A DNA stretch of 32,000 nt, from positions 150,001 to 182,000 of the forward strand of contig NC_022093.1 of assembly GCF_000446015.1 (NCBI RefSeq), given 5' to 3'. Positions 1 to 8,253 of this stretch are shown piece by piece. Position numbers and translations under genes: made by a program. Numbering within the stretch: position 1 is the first letter of the stretch; each line of letters opens with the position of its first letter. The notes beneath the pieces are model-generated. The model was not told the origin of the DNA. It worked only from the letters and a program-made list of their open reading frames with translations, and did no database searches. The stretch is from Thermofilum adornatum (GTDB lineage Archaea; Thermoproteota; Thermoprotei; Thermofilales; Thermofilaceae).

Positions 1-956
1 GGGAAAAGCTGCAGTTCGCCTATATGTTCAATTCCGGTAACCCATAGGAGCAACCTCTCGACACCAATACCTGCGCCAGCGCTTGGGAGAAGCCTTCCCT
101 CCTTTGCTAGGCTCAAAAGTACCTTGTAGTTTTCAAGCGGCACACCGTCCCTCTTCATTTTTGAAACTATCTTGTCATATTTGTATTCTCGTCTAGCTCC
201 AGACAGAATTTCTCCCACTCTTGGAACATATAGGTCATAGTTGTCCCAGACGCCTGTCGCCTCGTCTTCATAGTCGTAGAATTCTCTTGGAATGTTAACT
301 ATCCAGAGGGGTTCTTTTAGTTCTTCTCGAAGGATGTCTGGCCACTTTTCACCATACTTCTCCTCAGCCTCACGGCTATCCATAACCTTGAAGGGGATGC
401 TGAAACTCAAAAGGTCATATGTTCCTAGTTCTTTTAATTCACTTGAGAACCTAGCCCTTAGGAATGCAATATACTCTCTGAGTAGTTCCTCAACGAATTT
501 CCTTACGTCGGCGGAGCTGGCTCCACGTATTTCGAAGTCTAGCTGTGTGAACTCGTAGCCATGTATGCCTGTGTTGAGTCTCTCCCTTTTTTCAATTCTG
601 ATGTTGGGGGAAAAGATAAAGATCCTGGGAGCTAGAAGAGAAACTAGTACCTGTTTGTGTACAATCATGCTATGGGTGGTTCTCACAGTTTCTCCATATA
701 TCTCGATCTCTATCCTTTTTTCGATACTGAAGTCGGGATCGGGCCAGAGGGGGTCTGTAGCTTTAGAGAGAATTACGGGCATTATCCACTCAAAACCCTT
801 CTCGACAAAATATTCTGATAGGTAACGTAGGGTATGTGTCGTAATCCGTGTTGTTAGCCTTTTTCTCTCTATTTCCTCTGGGGAAAGCTCGTTGAGCTGC
901 TTTATTTTAGACTCGTGGAGTTGCTTGAGAATTAATTTGGTTTGTTCCTTGGTCAT
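1..956 (-). CDS. asnA: Asparagine synthetase A-type paralogue of the class II Asp/Asn-tRNA synthetase catalytic core; it has no anticodon-binding domain and its 3' end runs off the window
   Basis: The ORF is absent from the ORF track because it is open at the window edge. My translation of the minus strand from ATG 956 reads MTKEQTKLILKQLHESK...PVILSKATDPLWPDP...FSPNIRIEKRE...YEFTQLDFE...WIVNIPREFYD...PSAGAGIGVERLLLWVTG. These are class II aaRS motif 2/3 signatures of the AsxRS group. The start lies only about 35 aa before the core, as in archaeal AsnA-like enzymes. Confidence 0.75.
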   Translation of the reverse strand, partial: MTKEQTKLILKQLHESKIKQLNELSPEEIERKRLTTRITTHTLRYLSEYFVEKGFEWIMPVILSKATDPLWPDPDFSIEKRIEIEIYGETVRTTHSMIVHKQVLVSLLAPRIFIFSPNIRIEKRERLNTGIHGYEFTQLDFEIRGASSADVRKFVEELLREYIAFLRARFSSELKELGTYDLLSFSIPFKVMDSREAEEKYGEKWPDILREELKEPLWIVNIPREFYDYEDEATGVWDNYDLYVPRVGEILSGARREYKYDKIVSKMKRDGVPLENYKVLLSLAKEGRLLPSAGAGIGVERLLLWVTGIEHIGELQLF

Positions 957-975
957 AATTCATTTTTGAACCCTC

Positions 976-984
976 TTTATAAAA
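976..984 (-). promoter_or_regulatory. TATA-box candidate for the asnA-like gene
   Basis: The minus strand reads TTTTATAAA, centred about 24 nt upstream of ATG 956. This spacing fits an archaeal leaderless or short-leader promoter. Confidence 0.45.
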
Positions 985-1074
985 ACTCTTACGGGTATTT
1001 TTTTGAAAATATTGCAATAATTGTGACAAAAATCCTTAGATAAATGGAAAAAATTCACAGGAAAAATGACTCTT

Positions 1075-1488
1075 CTAGTGCTCGTGTTCGTGAACCTCTC
1101 CTGGTTCAGCAAGCTCAAACATTATATCCACGACTCTTGCAAATTCCTTTACTTCGAGAACACTCAGACCCTCGTCGCTCTTTATGACAATATATCCCTT
1201 GTCTTCGTATTCTTTACATTCGCTTTCTGTTTTACAGGTTGCTATCTCTTCGATTATGGCTACTATGGGCTCTATGCCTCCTGAGAGTAGCTTGTACATT
1301 TCGCATGGATCCTCTATAGCTGTTACAACTTCCTCTGCATGGTGTTCCTCTACTAGTTTCAGTATTTCCTCTGCTTTTTCTAGGGGACCAACACCTATAA
1401 CTTGAACATTTTCTCCGAGGGAGTCCTTCAGCTTGTCATATATGTGTGGAGTTGCTGGGATATCTATGGCCCATATTACTTTTTTCAT
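1075..1488 (-). CDS. Small acidic protein of unknown function with a C-terminal HEHEH tail
   Basis: 137-aa ORF whose start lies 2 nt after the stop of the upstream gene (1491), indicating an operon. It has three Cys (DPCEMY, CKTESEC) and ends ...EPGEVHEHEH. I recognise no family. Confidence 0.6.
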   Translation of the reverse strand: MKKVIWAIDIPATPHIYDKLKDSLGENVQVIGVGPLEKAEEILKLVEEHHAEEVVTAIEDPCEMYKLLSGGIEPIVAIIEEIATCKTESECKEYEDKGYIVIKSDEGLSVLEVKEFARVVDIMFELAEPGEVHEHEH

Positions 1489-1490
1489 TT

Positions 1491-2234
1491 TTAGCTCACC
1501 AGCGACAAAACGTCTAGGACTTTCTGGTAATCTGTTATGAGTCTGTTTAGCTTGTCTATGAGGTCGTTTTCGTTTGATGCATATTCAGATAGTATAACAA
1601 AGCCTTCTTCGTTTATGTCTAGACGGCTCTTTATTAGGTGTGCCCTTATCCTAAGTTGCAAAGCCTCGTCTATGGCGGAGAAGTCTCTCTTGAATATGGG
1701 GTCGCTCTCAATTATGTAGCCAAATTTTTCAACAAATATTTCGAAGCCAATCCTTGTGTCCCTCTTCGTCGAGGCCCCAACTATGCTTACAACGTCCCTC
1801 CAGTTGCGTGGTGCAACTAGGTAGCCAGACTCACGTATCAATTTAACGAGCTTCTGCATGTCGGGTGGATATTCTTCGTCTCGGGGCACATCTACCTTAA
1901 CCTCGGATCCATTTTCTATTTGTAAAACGTAGTGTTTTGGACCAAGGAACCATCCCAGGGGTATAACAGGTCCATACGGCTGGTTTGGGCCGGCAAATAG
2001 GCAGAGGGCTTTCCCCGGAGGCCAGTATGCAAGGCTACCGGCGACTATTCGAGAAGTGGTTGGTCCGCTTAGCTCGATGCCTGTTGAGAAGTAGATTTCT
2101 TCTTTCCATCTTTCAGCGACAGAACTTACTGGGAGATGTTTGCTCAGTATATCACCAAGATCTTCCTGTGAAATATGTCCAAGAATCTCCATTGATTCCC
2201 CGTTTTTTGAGCTAAACGTTATCCTGAGATACAT
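1491..2234 (-). CDS. Cyclophilin-like domain protein (TM1367/PF04126-like N-terminal domain) fused to an uncharacterised C-terminal domain of about 130 aa
   Basis: The N-terminal half contains GSLAYWPPGKALCLFAGPNQPYGPVIPLG, which matches the 'AYWxPGxALCIFFG' signature of the cyclophilin-like family as I remember it. The C-terminal half matches no family I recognise. Confidence 0.55.
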   Translation of the reverse strand: MYLRITFSSKNGESMEILGHISQEDLGDILSKHLPVSSVAERWKEEIYFSTGIELSGPTTSRIVAGSLAYWPPGKALCLFAGPNQPYGPVIPLGWFLGPKHYVLQIENGSEVKVDVPRDEEYPPDMQKLVKLIRESGYLVAPRNWRDVVSIVGASTKRDTRIGFEIFVEKFGYIIESDPIFKRDFSAIDEALQLRIRAHLIKSRLDINEEGFVILSEYASNENDLIDKLNRLITDYQKVLDVLSLVS

Positions 2235-2318
2235 ATCATAGTAAGAAAAGTATGTACTTATTTACTTTGTGCAAGAAGAAAACAAGCAATTCAAAAGTGT
2301 AGATATGAAAAGCCTAAC

Positions 2319-2343
2319 AACTAGTCTGTAGAACCAGCTAGTT
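2319..2343. promoter_or_regulatory. Imperfect palindrome in the divergent promoter region between the cyclophilin-like operon and ferritin
   Basis: AACTAGTCTG-tagaac-CAGCTAGTT. The arms are reverse complements apart from one extra T. It lies about 85 nt from each flanking start codon. Confidence 0.3.
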
Positions 2344-2427
2344 TTAAATCTTTATTCTATAGGAACTGGGCATTTATTAAACCAGCAGGTTTATTATTGA
2401 CCGATAACACTTAATTTAGGCGATAAT

Positions 2428-2916
2428 ATGAATGACCAAACTTTACCTTTAGAGTTTAACAAGCAAATGAACCAAGAATTAAGAAATGCCTATCTTTATT
2501 TTGCCATGGCTAGCTATTTTGACGGGTTGTCTCTTAAGGGATTCGCTAATTATTTTAAAGTGCAGGCTAGAGAAGAATTAGGCCATGCAATGAAGTTCTA
2601 CGAATTTATTATTGATAGAGGTTGGAAAATAGAGATACAAGACATACCGAGGCCGAAATCTTCCTGGGGAAGTATCCTTGAGGCAGTTGAAGACTTCTTG
2701 GCGGCAGAGGTTGAAAACACAAAGCGTATTTGGAGACTTGTCGACTTAGCTAGAGAAAGTGGCGATAAGGCTGCAGAAAGTTTCCTGCAGTGGTTTGTAA
2801 ATGAACAAGTAGAAGAAGAGAAAAACGCCAATGAGTTGCTGGCTATGTTGAAACTTACTAAGGAGCATCCAAGTGCTATATTTGCTCTTGAGAGGGTTCT
2901 TGCTGAGAGAAAATAG
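2428..2916 (+). CDS. ftn: Ferritin (non-haem, ferritin-like diiron family)
   Basis: 162 aa. QMNQELRNAYLYFAMASYF...QAREELGHAMKFYEFI...FLQWFVNEQVEEE matches the ferroxidase-centre helices of prokaryotic ferritins. Confidence 0.9.
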   Translation: MNDQTLPLEFNKQMNQELRNAYLYFAMASYFDGLSLKGFANYFKVQAREELGHAMKFYEFIIDRGWKIEIQDIPRPKSSWGSILEAVEDFLAAEVENTKRIWRLVDLARESGDKAAESFLQWFVNEQVEEEKNANELLAMLKLTKEHPSAIFALERVLAERK

Positions 2917-2939
2917 AGAATTCCCCAGTTTTTCATTTT

Positions 2940-3926
2940 TTAGTGTGGATTTTTCTTTTCTAGGTGTTGCTTAACAATGCTAAGCGTTGTCTTATTGAAG
3001 TAGCCTGAAGTTATAGCGTAGCTAAGAAGAGAGGGAACTAGATACCAGCTCCGAGGGCTCATATAGGCCATTTCTAGCGCCTTATCGAGGCCTTCTGCCC
3101 TTAAAGCTGTCTGGACGAGCAGTTCTTCAATGTCGTTGTTTAGTGTTAGGTTTTGTTGGAGATAATTCTTGGCTGAAACGTAGAGCTTCATTGATGCTGT
3201 ATGCATCGATGCTTCTGCTAGGTTCCTAGCTACAAGCAATGATAGGAATGCATCTACTTCCGTAAGGACTGGGGAAAGCTTCTCGCATATTTTTTCTGCA
3301 AACAACTCGGAGCTGTACCTGTCAAACATGTAGTAGCTTTTTAGAAGCCTGGATATAGCCACTATTCTCCTAACGGTATTCTCTACTTTTTTTGTTGCCT
3401 CAATGGCTTCTCTTAAAAGAATTTCGACGCCAGGGTTCATTGCAGAGGCCTCGGCAAGCGTAGTAGCTCTTAGGTGCGGCTTAAGTTGTCTTGAGATAGC
3501 TAGAGCCTCTTCGATGTGCCCAAGGGTTGAGAGAGAAATAACTAGCCTTGAGCGGCCTTTCCAGCTAGCCTTAGGAAGCCACTCATATGCCTGGTTGACG
3601 TATTCCCTATGATTATATCCAAGCGCGTTGGCTGTTTCGGCAAGCCTCGAAAATACAAAGATTTTCCTTGAAGGGTTTAGGCTCTGCACCAGGGTTTCTA
3701 GCTCTGCCAAGTTGCGGTTCCAGAGCTCTGGAAGGTACGTCGGTGTCTCAGCTAGAAGGTATGCCTTTAGGTATAAATCCCTAAGCTTAGATAAGTGATC
3801 TTTCGGATCGTTACCGAAAAAAGTAAGAGAACGTATATACATTGCTTTTGCCAGCTCGCCTGTCTTTGTTTTGGGAACGCGTTTTACTAGGATCTCCAGA
3901 TCAAACAAGTATTGTTGGATACTCAT
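2940..3926 (-). CDS. Hypothetical all-alpha (repeat-like) protein
   Basis: 328-aa ORF that appears helical throughout, with no TM segment and no motif I recognise. It is divergent from the epimerase gene. Confidence 0.6.
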   Translation of the reverse strand: MSIQQYLFDLEILVKRVPKTKTGELAKAMYIRSLTFFGNDPKDHLSKLRDLYLKAYLLAETPTYLPELWNRNLAELETLVQSLNPSRKIFVFSRLAETANALGYNHREYVNQAYEWLPKASWKGRSRLVISLSTLGHIEEALAISRQLKPHLRATTLAEASAMNPGVEILLREAIEATKKVENTVRRIVAISRLLKSYYMFDRYSSELFAEKICEKLSPVLTEVDAFLSLLVARNLAEASMHTASMKLYVSAKNYLQQNLTLNNDIEELLVQTALRAEGLDKALEMAYMSPRSWYLVPSLLSYAITSGYFNKTTLSIVKQHLEKKNPH

Positions 3927-4047
3927 CGTCTTTTAATTTTGATTGATAAGTATACCCGTTTCTTGTGTCTTTGGGACACCTATAAACAAAATACAACCGT
4001 CATATGGGGTTAAGCTCTGCCAAGGAATGTTTACAAGGTCTAGGAAA

Positions 4048-4058
4048 AGATATATAGG
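4048..4058 (+). promoter_or_regulatory. TATA-box candidate for the epimerase gene
   Basis: AGATATATAGG, centred about 28 nt upstream of GTG 4081. Confidence 0.4.
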
Positions 4059-4080
4059 GACTTAAACCTCTAATAGAAAT

Positions 4081-5160
4081 GTGGAGATAGAGGCCTGGAT
4101 TTCTGAGGTTCCGCTAGTTGAGCCTCTCCGAATAGCTCCTGGAACATCTTATACACAGCGTTCCATCATTATAAGGCTTCGCGACGGAGACCTAGAAGGG
4201 TGGGGTGAGGCTTGCCAGTCTCGAAGGGTGCTTGGAGAAACAATGGAAGACGCATTAGCTTCTCTCAAGAAAATTATCCCAGCAATCAAAAAGGCAAGCT
4301 ATGAATCCATAGAGGCCATTCATGAGTTTACAGAGGGCTTAGACGCTACCCCATCTATAAAAGCCGCGCTAAACATTGCCTTGCTAGACATGTATTCCAA
4401 GAGCCAGAAGAGACCACTCTGGAAGCTTTTAGGCGGATACCGCGAAAGCCTTGTTACCGATGTTACTATAGGCATCATGGAGCCGGAAGAAATGGCCCAG
4501 AGAGCATTGAAGTTTGCAGAAAGAGATTTTACAATTTTCAAGCTAAAGCTTGGAGAAAACCCCGAGAAGGATATCGAGAGAGTAAAGAAGGTTAGAGATG
4601 CACTTGGAGAAGGGCCAACTATTAGGGTCGACGCGAACGAGGGCTGGAGATATGAGGATGCAGTTAGGGTGATAAACAGGATAGCTGACTACGAGGTCGA
4701 ACTAGTCGAGCAACCATTGAGACACGACATGCTCCATGAGCTAAAGATGCTCAGGAGAGAGAGCCCTATACCCATAGCTCTCGACGAGAGCGTTCGCACG
4801 CCGGGCGAGGCTCTAAGAGCCGTGGAGGAAGACGCAGCAGACATAATAAACATAAAGCTCATGAAGAGCAGGGGAATAACGCCCGCGATAAGAATTATAG
4901 CTATAAGCGAGACTGCAGGGGTCAAAAACATGGTTGGATGTTTTTCCGAGACGCGTCTAGGAATAACTGCTACTGCGTATCTAGCACAGGCCTATAGGAA
5001 CGTATACTATTACGACCTAGACTGCGACATACTCAGCATAGACCCCGTGTTTAGAGGCGGCTCGGAGCCGGAGGGACCAGTGAGGAGACCTTCACAGGGC
5101 TACGGCCTAGGTGTCACATTGCCAAACGAGGGTTATCTTAGACCAGCCAAGATTGTCTAA
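4081..5160 (+). CDS. Enolase-superfamily enzyme of the MLE subgroup (L-Ala-D/L-Glu dipeptide epimerase-like)
   Basis: GTG start. It carries the KxK motif (FKLKLG), metal ligands in RVDANEGW / LVEQPL / ALDES, and a second catalytic Lys in INIKLMK. Confidence 0.8.
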   Translation: MEIEAWISEVPLVEPLRIAPGTSYTQRSIIIRLRDGDLEGWGEACQSRRVLGETMEDALASLKKIIPAIKKASYESIEAIHEFTEGLDATPSIKAALNIALLDMYSKSQKRPLWKLLGGYRESLVTDVTIGIMEPEEMAQRALKFAERDFTIFKLKLGENPEKDIERVKKVRDALGEGPTIRVDANEGWRYEDAVRVINRIADYEVELVEQPLRHDMLHELKMLRRESPIPIALDESVRTPGEALRAVEEDAADIINIKLMKSRGITPAIRIIAISETAGVKNMVGCFSETRLGITATAYLAQAYRNVYYYDLDCDILSIDPVFRGGSEPEGPVRRPSQGYGLGVTLPNEGYLRPAKIV

Positions 5161-5183
5161 TGCAGGATTATAAGAAGTTAGGT

Positions 5184-5200
5184 ATATTATTATATTTTTA
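5184..5200 (+). promoter_or_regulatory. TATA-rich promoter candidate for the 5214 gene
   Basis: TATATTATTATATTTTTA lies 14-30 nt upstream of ATG 5214 and downstream of the epimerase stop. This supports the internal start over 5160. Confidence 0.4.
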
Positions 5201-5213
5201 CAATTATTTCTGT

Positions 5214-5693
5214 ATGAGCGAAATATCTGAGGAGGTAAAAATCAGGGATTTAAAGCCATATAACGTCCTGGTTGCATGCTTCTTAGCAGGCTTCAGGGAA
5301 AATGGGGTTTTAAATTTCGGCATACTAAGAGGCGTCGCCGAGAATACTGGAAGAAAGATTTATGAAGCATATAGTGACGGGGTTCCCAAGGATCCCAAGT
5401 CTGCAGCTGAGTGGCTTCTAGCTAAACTAGAGATCTCAAAAGATAGCCACGTAGTAATAGATGGTAGTAATGTAAGGATTAGAATAAAATCTAGGTTTTG
5501 CCGGTACTGCCCGAAAGGTGTGGGCGGCTTAGAATTGCCAGGGGTTCTTTGTCCGTTCCCGGGACTTTTTAAAGGTTTTCTTGAGGGTGCGACCGGGATA
5601 GAGCTTGCCTATCCCCAGAATGGTTTATACAGGGATGAGGAGAAGTACTGCAATATCATATTATCATTCAAGGAGCCGTCAGAACAAAAATAA
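5214..5693 (+). CDS. Hypothetical Cys-motif protein, possibly with a V4R-like ligand- or metal-binding domain
   Basis: The ORF track starts at 5160, but ATG 5214 (MSEISEEVK...) follows a TATA-like box. It contains CRYCPKG...LCPFPG. The V4R-like assignment is from memory and weak. Confidence 0.45.
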   Translation: MSEISEEVKIRDLKPYNVLVACFLAGFRENGVLNFGILRGVAENTGRKIYEAYSDGVPKDPKSAAEWLLAKLEISKDSHVVIDGSNVRIRIKSRFCRYCPKGVGGLELPGVLCPFPGLFKGFLEGATGIELAYPQNGLYRDEEKYCNIILSFKEPSEQK

Positions 5694-5716
5694 ATACGTC
5701 ACCATCAACATGTAAA

Positions 5717-5729
5717 TTTTTTCGTTTTT
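5717..5729 (+). terminator. Oligo-T archaeal terminator candidate
   Basis: TTTTTTCGTTTTT lies 24 nt after the stop at 5693. Confidence 0.35.
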
Positions 5730-5737
5730 GTCTCGAA

Positions 5738-5749
5738 AAATTTAAAAAT
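5738..5749 (+). promoter_or_regulatory. TATA-box candidate for proC
   Basis: AAATTTAAAAAT, centred about 26 nt upstream of ATG 5770. Confidence 0.45.
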
Positions 5750-5769
5750 CCTTTCTTTTTGGCTGACTC

Positions 5770-6609
5770 ATGACATACAATCACCATAGCACCGTTGCTG
5801 TTCTCGGTTCAGGAAAAATAGGGCTCGCATTTGTGAAACAGATTCTGCAGAAGACATCCTATAGGGTCTACGCTACTGGAAGGAGAAGTGAAACGCTGAA
5901 AGCCGCCGAGAGCCTAGGCGCTCTAGCACTGAGGGATAACAATCTGGCTGTAAGAGAGAGCGGGATAGTAGTCATAGCTGTTAAGCCTTTCCATTTCCCG
6001 CAACTTTTATCAGAAGTCGAGCCTGAAAGCTGGAAGGGAAAAATAGTAGTCTCCCTAATGGCCGGCGTCAAGCTTGACACACTTAGGGCTGCGATTCCAG
6101 GCGCCCGTGTCTTTAGGGCTATGCCAAACCTCAATTCATATGTAGGTTTCTCATCTACTGCTGTGGCCGAGAACGGCTATGATGATACAAGCAGAACAGT
6201 GGAAGAGTTCCTGAAGATCTTCGGAAAGGTCTACTGGGTACCAGAAGAATATCTCGATATCTGGACTGGTCTAGCTGGTAGTGGCCCAGCTTTTATAGCG
6301 GAGATCATTGACGCGATGGCTATGGGGGCAGTTGCCGCTGGCATGCCCCGGGAACTCAGCTATGAAGCAGTGCTAGACGTTTTAGAGGGTACTGCGCGCC
6401 TACTCAGAAGCAGGCTCTACCAGCACCCGGGACAGCTTAGAGACGATGTGACTACGCCTGCGGGGACAACAATAAAGGGCCTGATGGTTCTGGAGAGCGG
6501 CGGCGTAAAAGCTGTATTGATGAAGATGGTTGAGGAGGCTTCTAGGAGGTCTCGCGAGATTGGCGAAGAGATAAACTTGAAAATTCTCGAAAAAATAAGA
6601 CAAAGATGA
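5770..6609 (+). CDS. proC: Pyrroline-5-carboxylate reductase
   Basis: It has an N-terminal Rossmann motif (VAVLGSGKIG), then RAMPN and LAGSGPAFIAEIIDAM...TTPAGTTIKG, which are typical ProC signatures. Confidence 0.88.
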   Translation: MTYNHHSTVAVLGSGKIGLAFVKQILQKTSYRVYATGRRSETLKAAESLGALALRDNNLAVRESGIVVIAVKPFHFPQLLSEVEPESWKGKIVVSLMAGVKLDTLRAAIPGARVFRAMPNLNSYVGFSSTAVAENGYDDTSRTVEEFLKIFGKVYWVPEEYLDIWTGLAGSGPAFIAEIIDAMAMGAVAAGMPRELSYEAVLDVLEGTARLLRSRLYQHPGQLRDDVTTPAGTTIKGLMVLESGGVKAVLMKMVEEASRRSREIGEEINLKILEKIRQR

Positions 6610-6629
6610 ATTTTTAAATGAGGAAAAAT

Positions 6630-6965
6630 CTAGACGAATTTCTCGAGTATCATTTTGAAGGAGGGCTCTACTTCCCTTATCACAAGAAAATCTTCATCCA
6701 TTGTTACTAGCTCTTCATTCCTGTTTAGACAAACTGCCGCAATAAGTAGATCTGAGGCTCCTAGAGGTTTTCCTATCACTCTAAGCCTTTTCTGTAGATG
6801 AACAGCCCTTAGTTGTTCAGCTCTTGTTGGAAAGTAAATCTCTCCATGAAAATTCTCGTAGTCAAGTATTGGCGGGTACTCGATTAGAGATACAACGGTT
6901 ATGTTTTCCCATATTTCTAATCCTTTTTTGACCCTTGAAATCACAGAAGAAGTGTCGAGTATCAA
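6630..6965 (-). CDS. vapC: PIN-domain ribonuclease toxin (VapC-like)
   Basis: 111 aa with (M)ILDTSSVI at the N-terminus, DLLIAA, and MDEDF near the C-terminus, supplying the PIN acidic residues. The TTG start overlaps the upstream stop as TTGA. Confidence 0.75.
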   Translation of the reverse strand: MILDTSSVISRVKKGLEIWENITVVSLIEYPPILDYENFHGEIYFPTRAEQLRAVHLQKRLRVIGKPLGASDLLIAAVCLNRNEELVTMDEDFLVIREVEPSFKMILEKFV

Positions 6966-7246
6966 TATCCCACCTTGCTCAGCTTCTCTATTCTCCTTTT
7001 TTCTCTTTGCCTCAATAAAGACTGCAAAATGTCTTCTTCGAGTACGGCTTTTTCCTCTGTTGTCTTTATGTTCAACATTTCCATTAAAAGCAGTACTTCT
7101 TCTCGGGTTAAACCTTCTTTTTCGGCCTTTATTGAGAGAGCTTCGAGAGTAATGGCACGCCTAGCTATTTCGGACCAATTCACGTGTTTGTATTTTTTAA
7201 TTAATTCGTAAAGCCAGTCTGGGACGCTAAGGGTTATATTTGCCAT
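6962..7246 (-). CDS. vapB: Antitoxin, ribbon-helix-helix/VapB-like
   Basis: 94 aa with N-terminal ITLSVPDWLYELIKKY...WSEIARRAI, which looks like an RHH beta-strand plus helix. There is a 4-nt overlap with the PIN gene. Confidence 0.65.
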   Translation of the reverse strand: MANITLSVPDWLYELIKKYKHVNWSEIARRAITLEALSIKAEKEGLTREEVLLLMEMLNIKTTEEKAVLEEDILQSLLRQREKRRIEKLSKVGY

Positions 7247-7389
7247 ACATATTTCTGTGTATTATGTGTAATACGTGAATATAAAGTTACAGTTTCAATA
7301 TCAGCAAAAAGACAGTCTGCGAAGAGAATCTGAGAAAGACTAAGCCTTCATAACATAAAATTAAAATTTTTGTACGAGTAAATGTTGGC

Positions 7390-8241
7390 GTGAAAACCAA
7401 GCATATCCTAATTATTATTGCAGTGTTGCTTGCCGTATCCCCGTTGTTGGGACTTCTCCTGGGTAAATGGGTAGACTATTGGAGAATAGCCACAAATCTC
7501 GGAGACGAGCCTGCCTATATCGCGTTAACTATTCTGCTCTTTTATTTGGTAGACCCCCATCTGGGCGTGAATGTCCTTATAGCACTCTCTACTGGTGCCT
7601 GGCTCGACGTATTTATGAAGAACCTTTTTAAGTTGCCTAGACCACCTAGCGAGCTTTGGCTTGCACCTGCAGAGGGCTATGGTTTTCCAAGCGGGCACGC
7701 TACTACTTCAACAACTTTCTGGACAAGTCTGTCACTTGAGACTAGAAGGAGAGAGGTATACCTGTTAGGCGCCGTCACAGTTGCAATCGTGTGTTTGTCG
7801 AGGATTATTCTCAACGTGCATTATCCAGTAGACGTGGCAGGCGGAGTTGTTCTAGGACTGTTTTCCTCGTTTAGCGTCTACTACGCTACCAGGAAAATCA
7901 CCTTAAAGCCCTGGTTGGCGTCCCTTGCCTTAGCGTTGTATGGTGTTGCCGTTTCGGTGCTGACTTTTGTGCAGGGAGACCTTAACTTTGTGAGGCTTGG
8001 TGGATTATTGGTCGGATTGGCTGTCTACCCATTGATAAGAGAAAAAATTAACTTAAGGAAAGAGTCTTTCTTAACGAAAACAATTCTAGCCCTCGTGGCC
8101 CTTGTGCTTGCTTTTGGATTTACACAGGTTGCAAAGAGCCAAGCCCCTCTTCCCCAGTTTATTCTTTACCTAGCTACGGGCTCTATAACGGTATCCCTTC
8201 CACTATTAAGAAGCAAGAGTGGAAGAAAAACTACGGGTTAA
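7390..8241 (+). CDS. PAP2-family membrane phosphatase (polyprenyl/dolichyl-diphosphate or phosphatidate phosphatase type)
   Basis: GTG start and a multi-TM protein. It has the three PAP2 motifs KxxxxxxRP (KNLFKLPRP), PSGH (FPSGHATT) and SRxxxxxHxxxD (SRIILNVHYPVD). Confidence 0.85.
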   Translation: MKTKHILIIIAVLLAVSPLLGLLLGKWVDYWRIATNLGDEPAYIALTILLFYLVDPHLGVNVLIALSTGAWLDVFMKNLFKLPRPPSELWLAPAEGYGFPSGHATTSTTFWTSLSLETRRREVYLLGAVTVAIVCLSRIILNVHYPVDVAGGVVLGLFSSFSVYYATRKITLKPWLASLALALYGVAVSVLTFVQGDLNFVRLGGLLVGLAVYPLIREKINLRKESFLTKTILALVALVLAFGFTQVAKSQAPLPQFILYLATGSITVSLPLLRSKSGRKTTG

Positions 8242-8253
8242 TTTTTAGATATT

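Noticed and set aside
5160-5213. The N-terminal extension (MQDYKKLGILLYFYNYFC) of the 5160..5693 ORF
   Set aside because: The extension consists of the AT-rich TATA-like sequence itself. ATG 5214 sits at the expected distance downstream, so I prefer the shorter gene.
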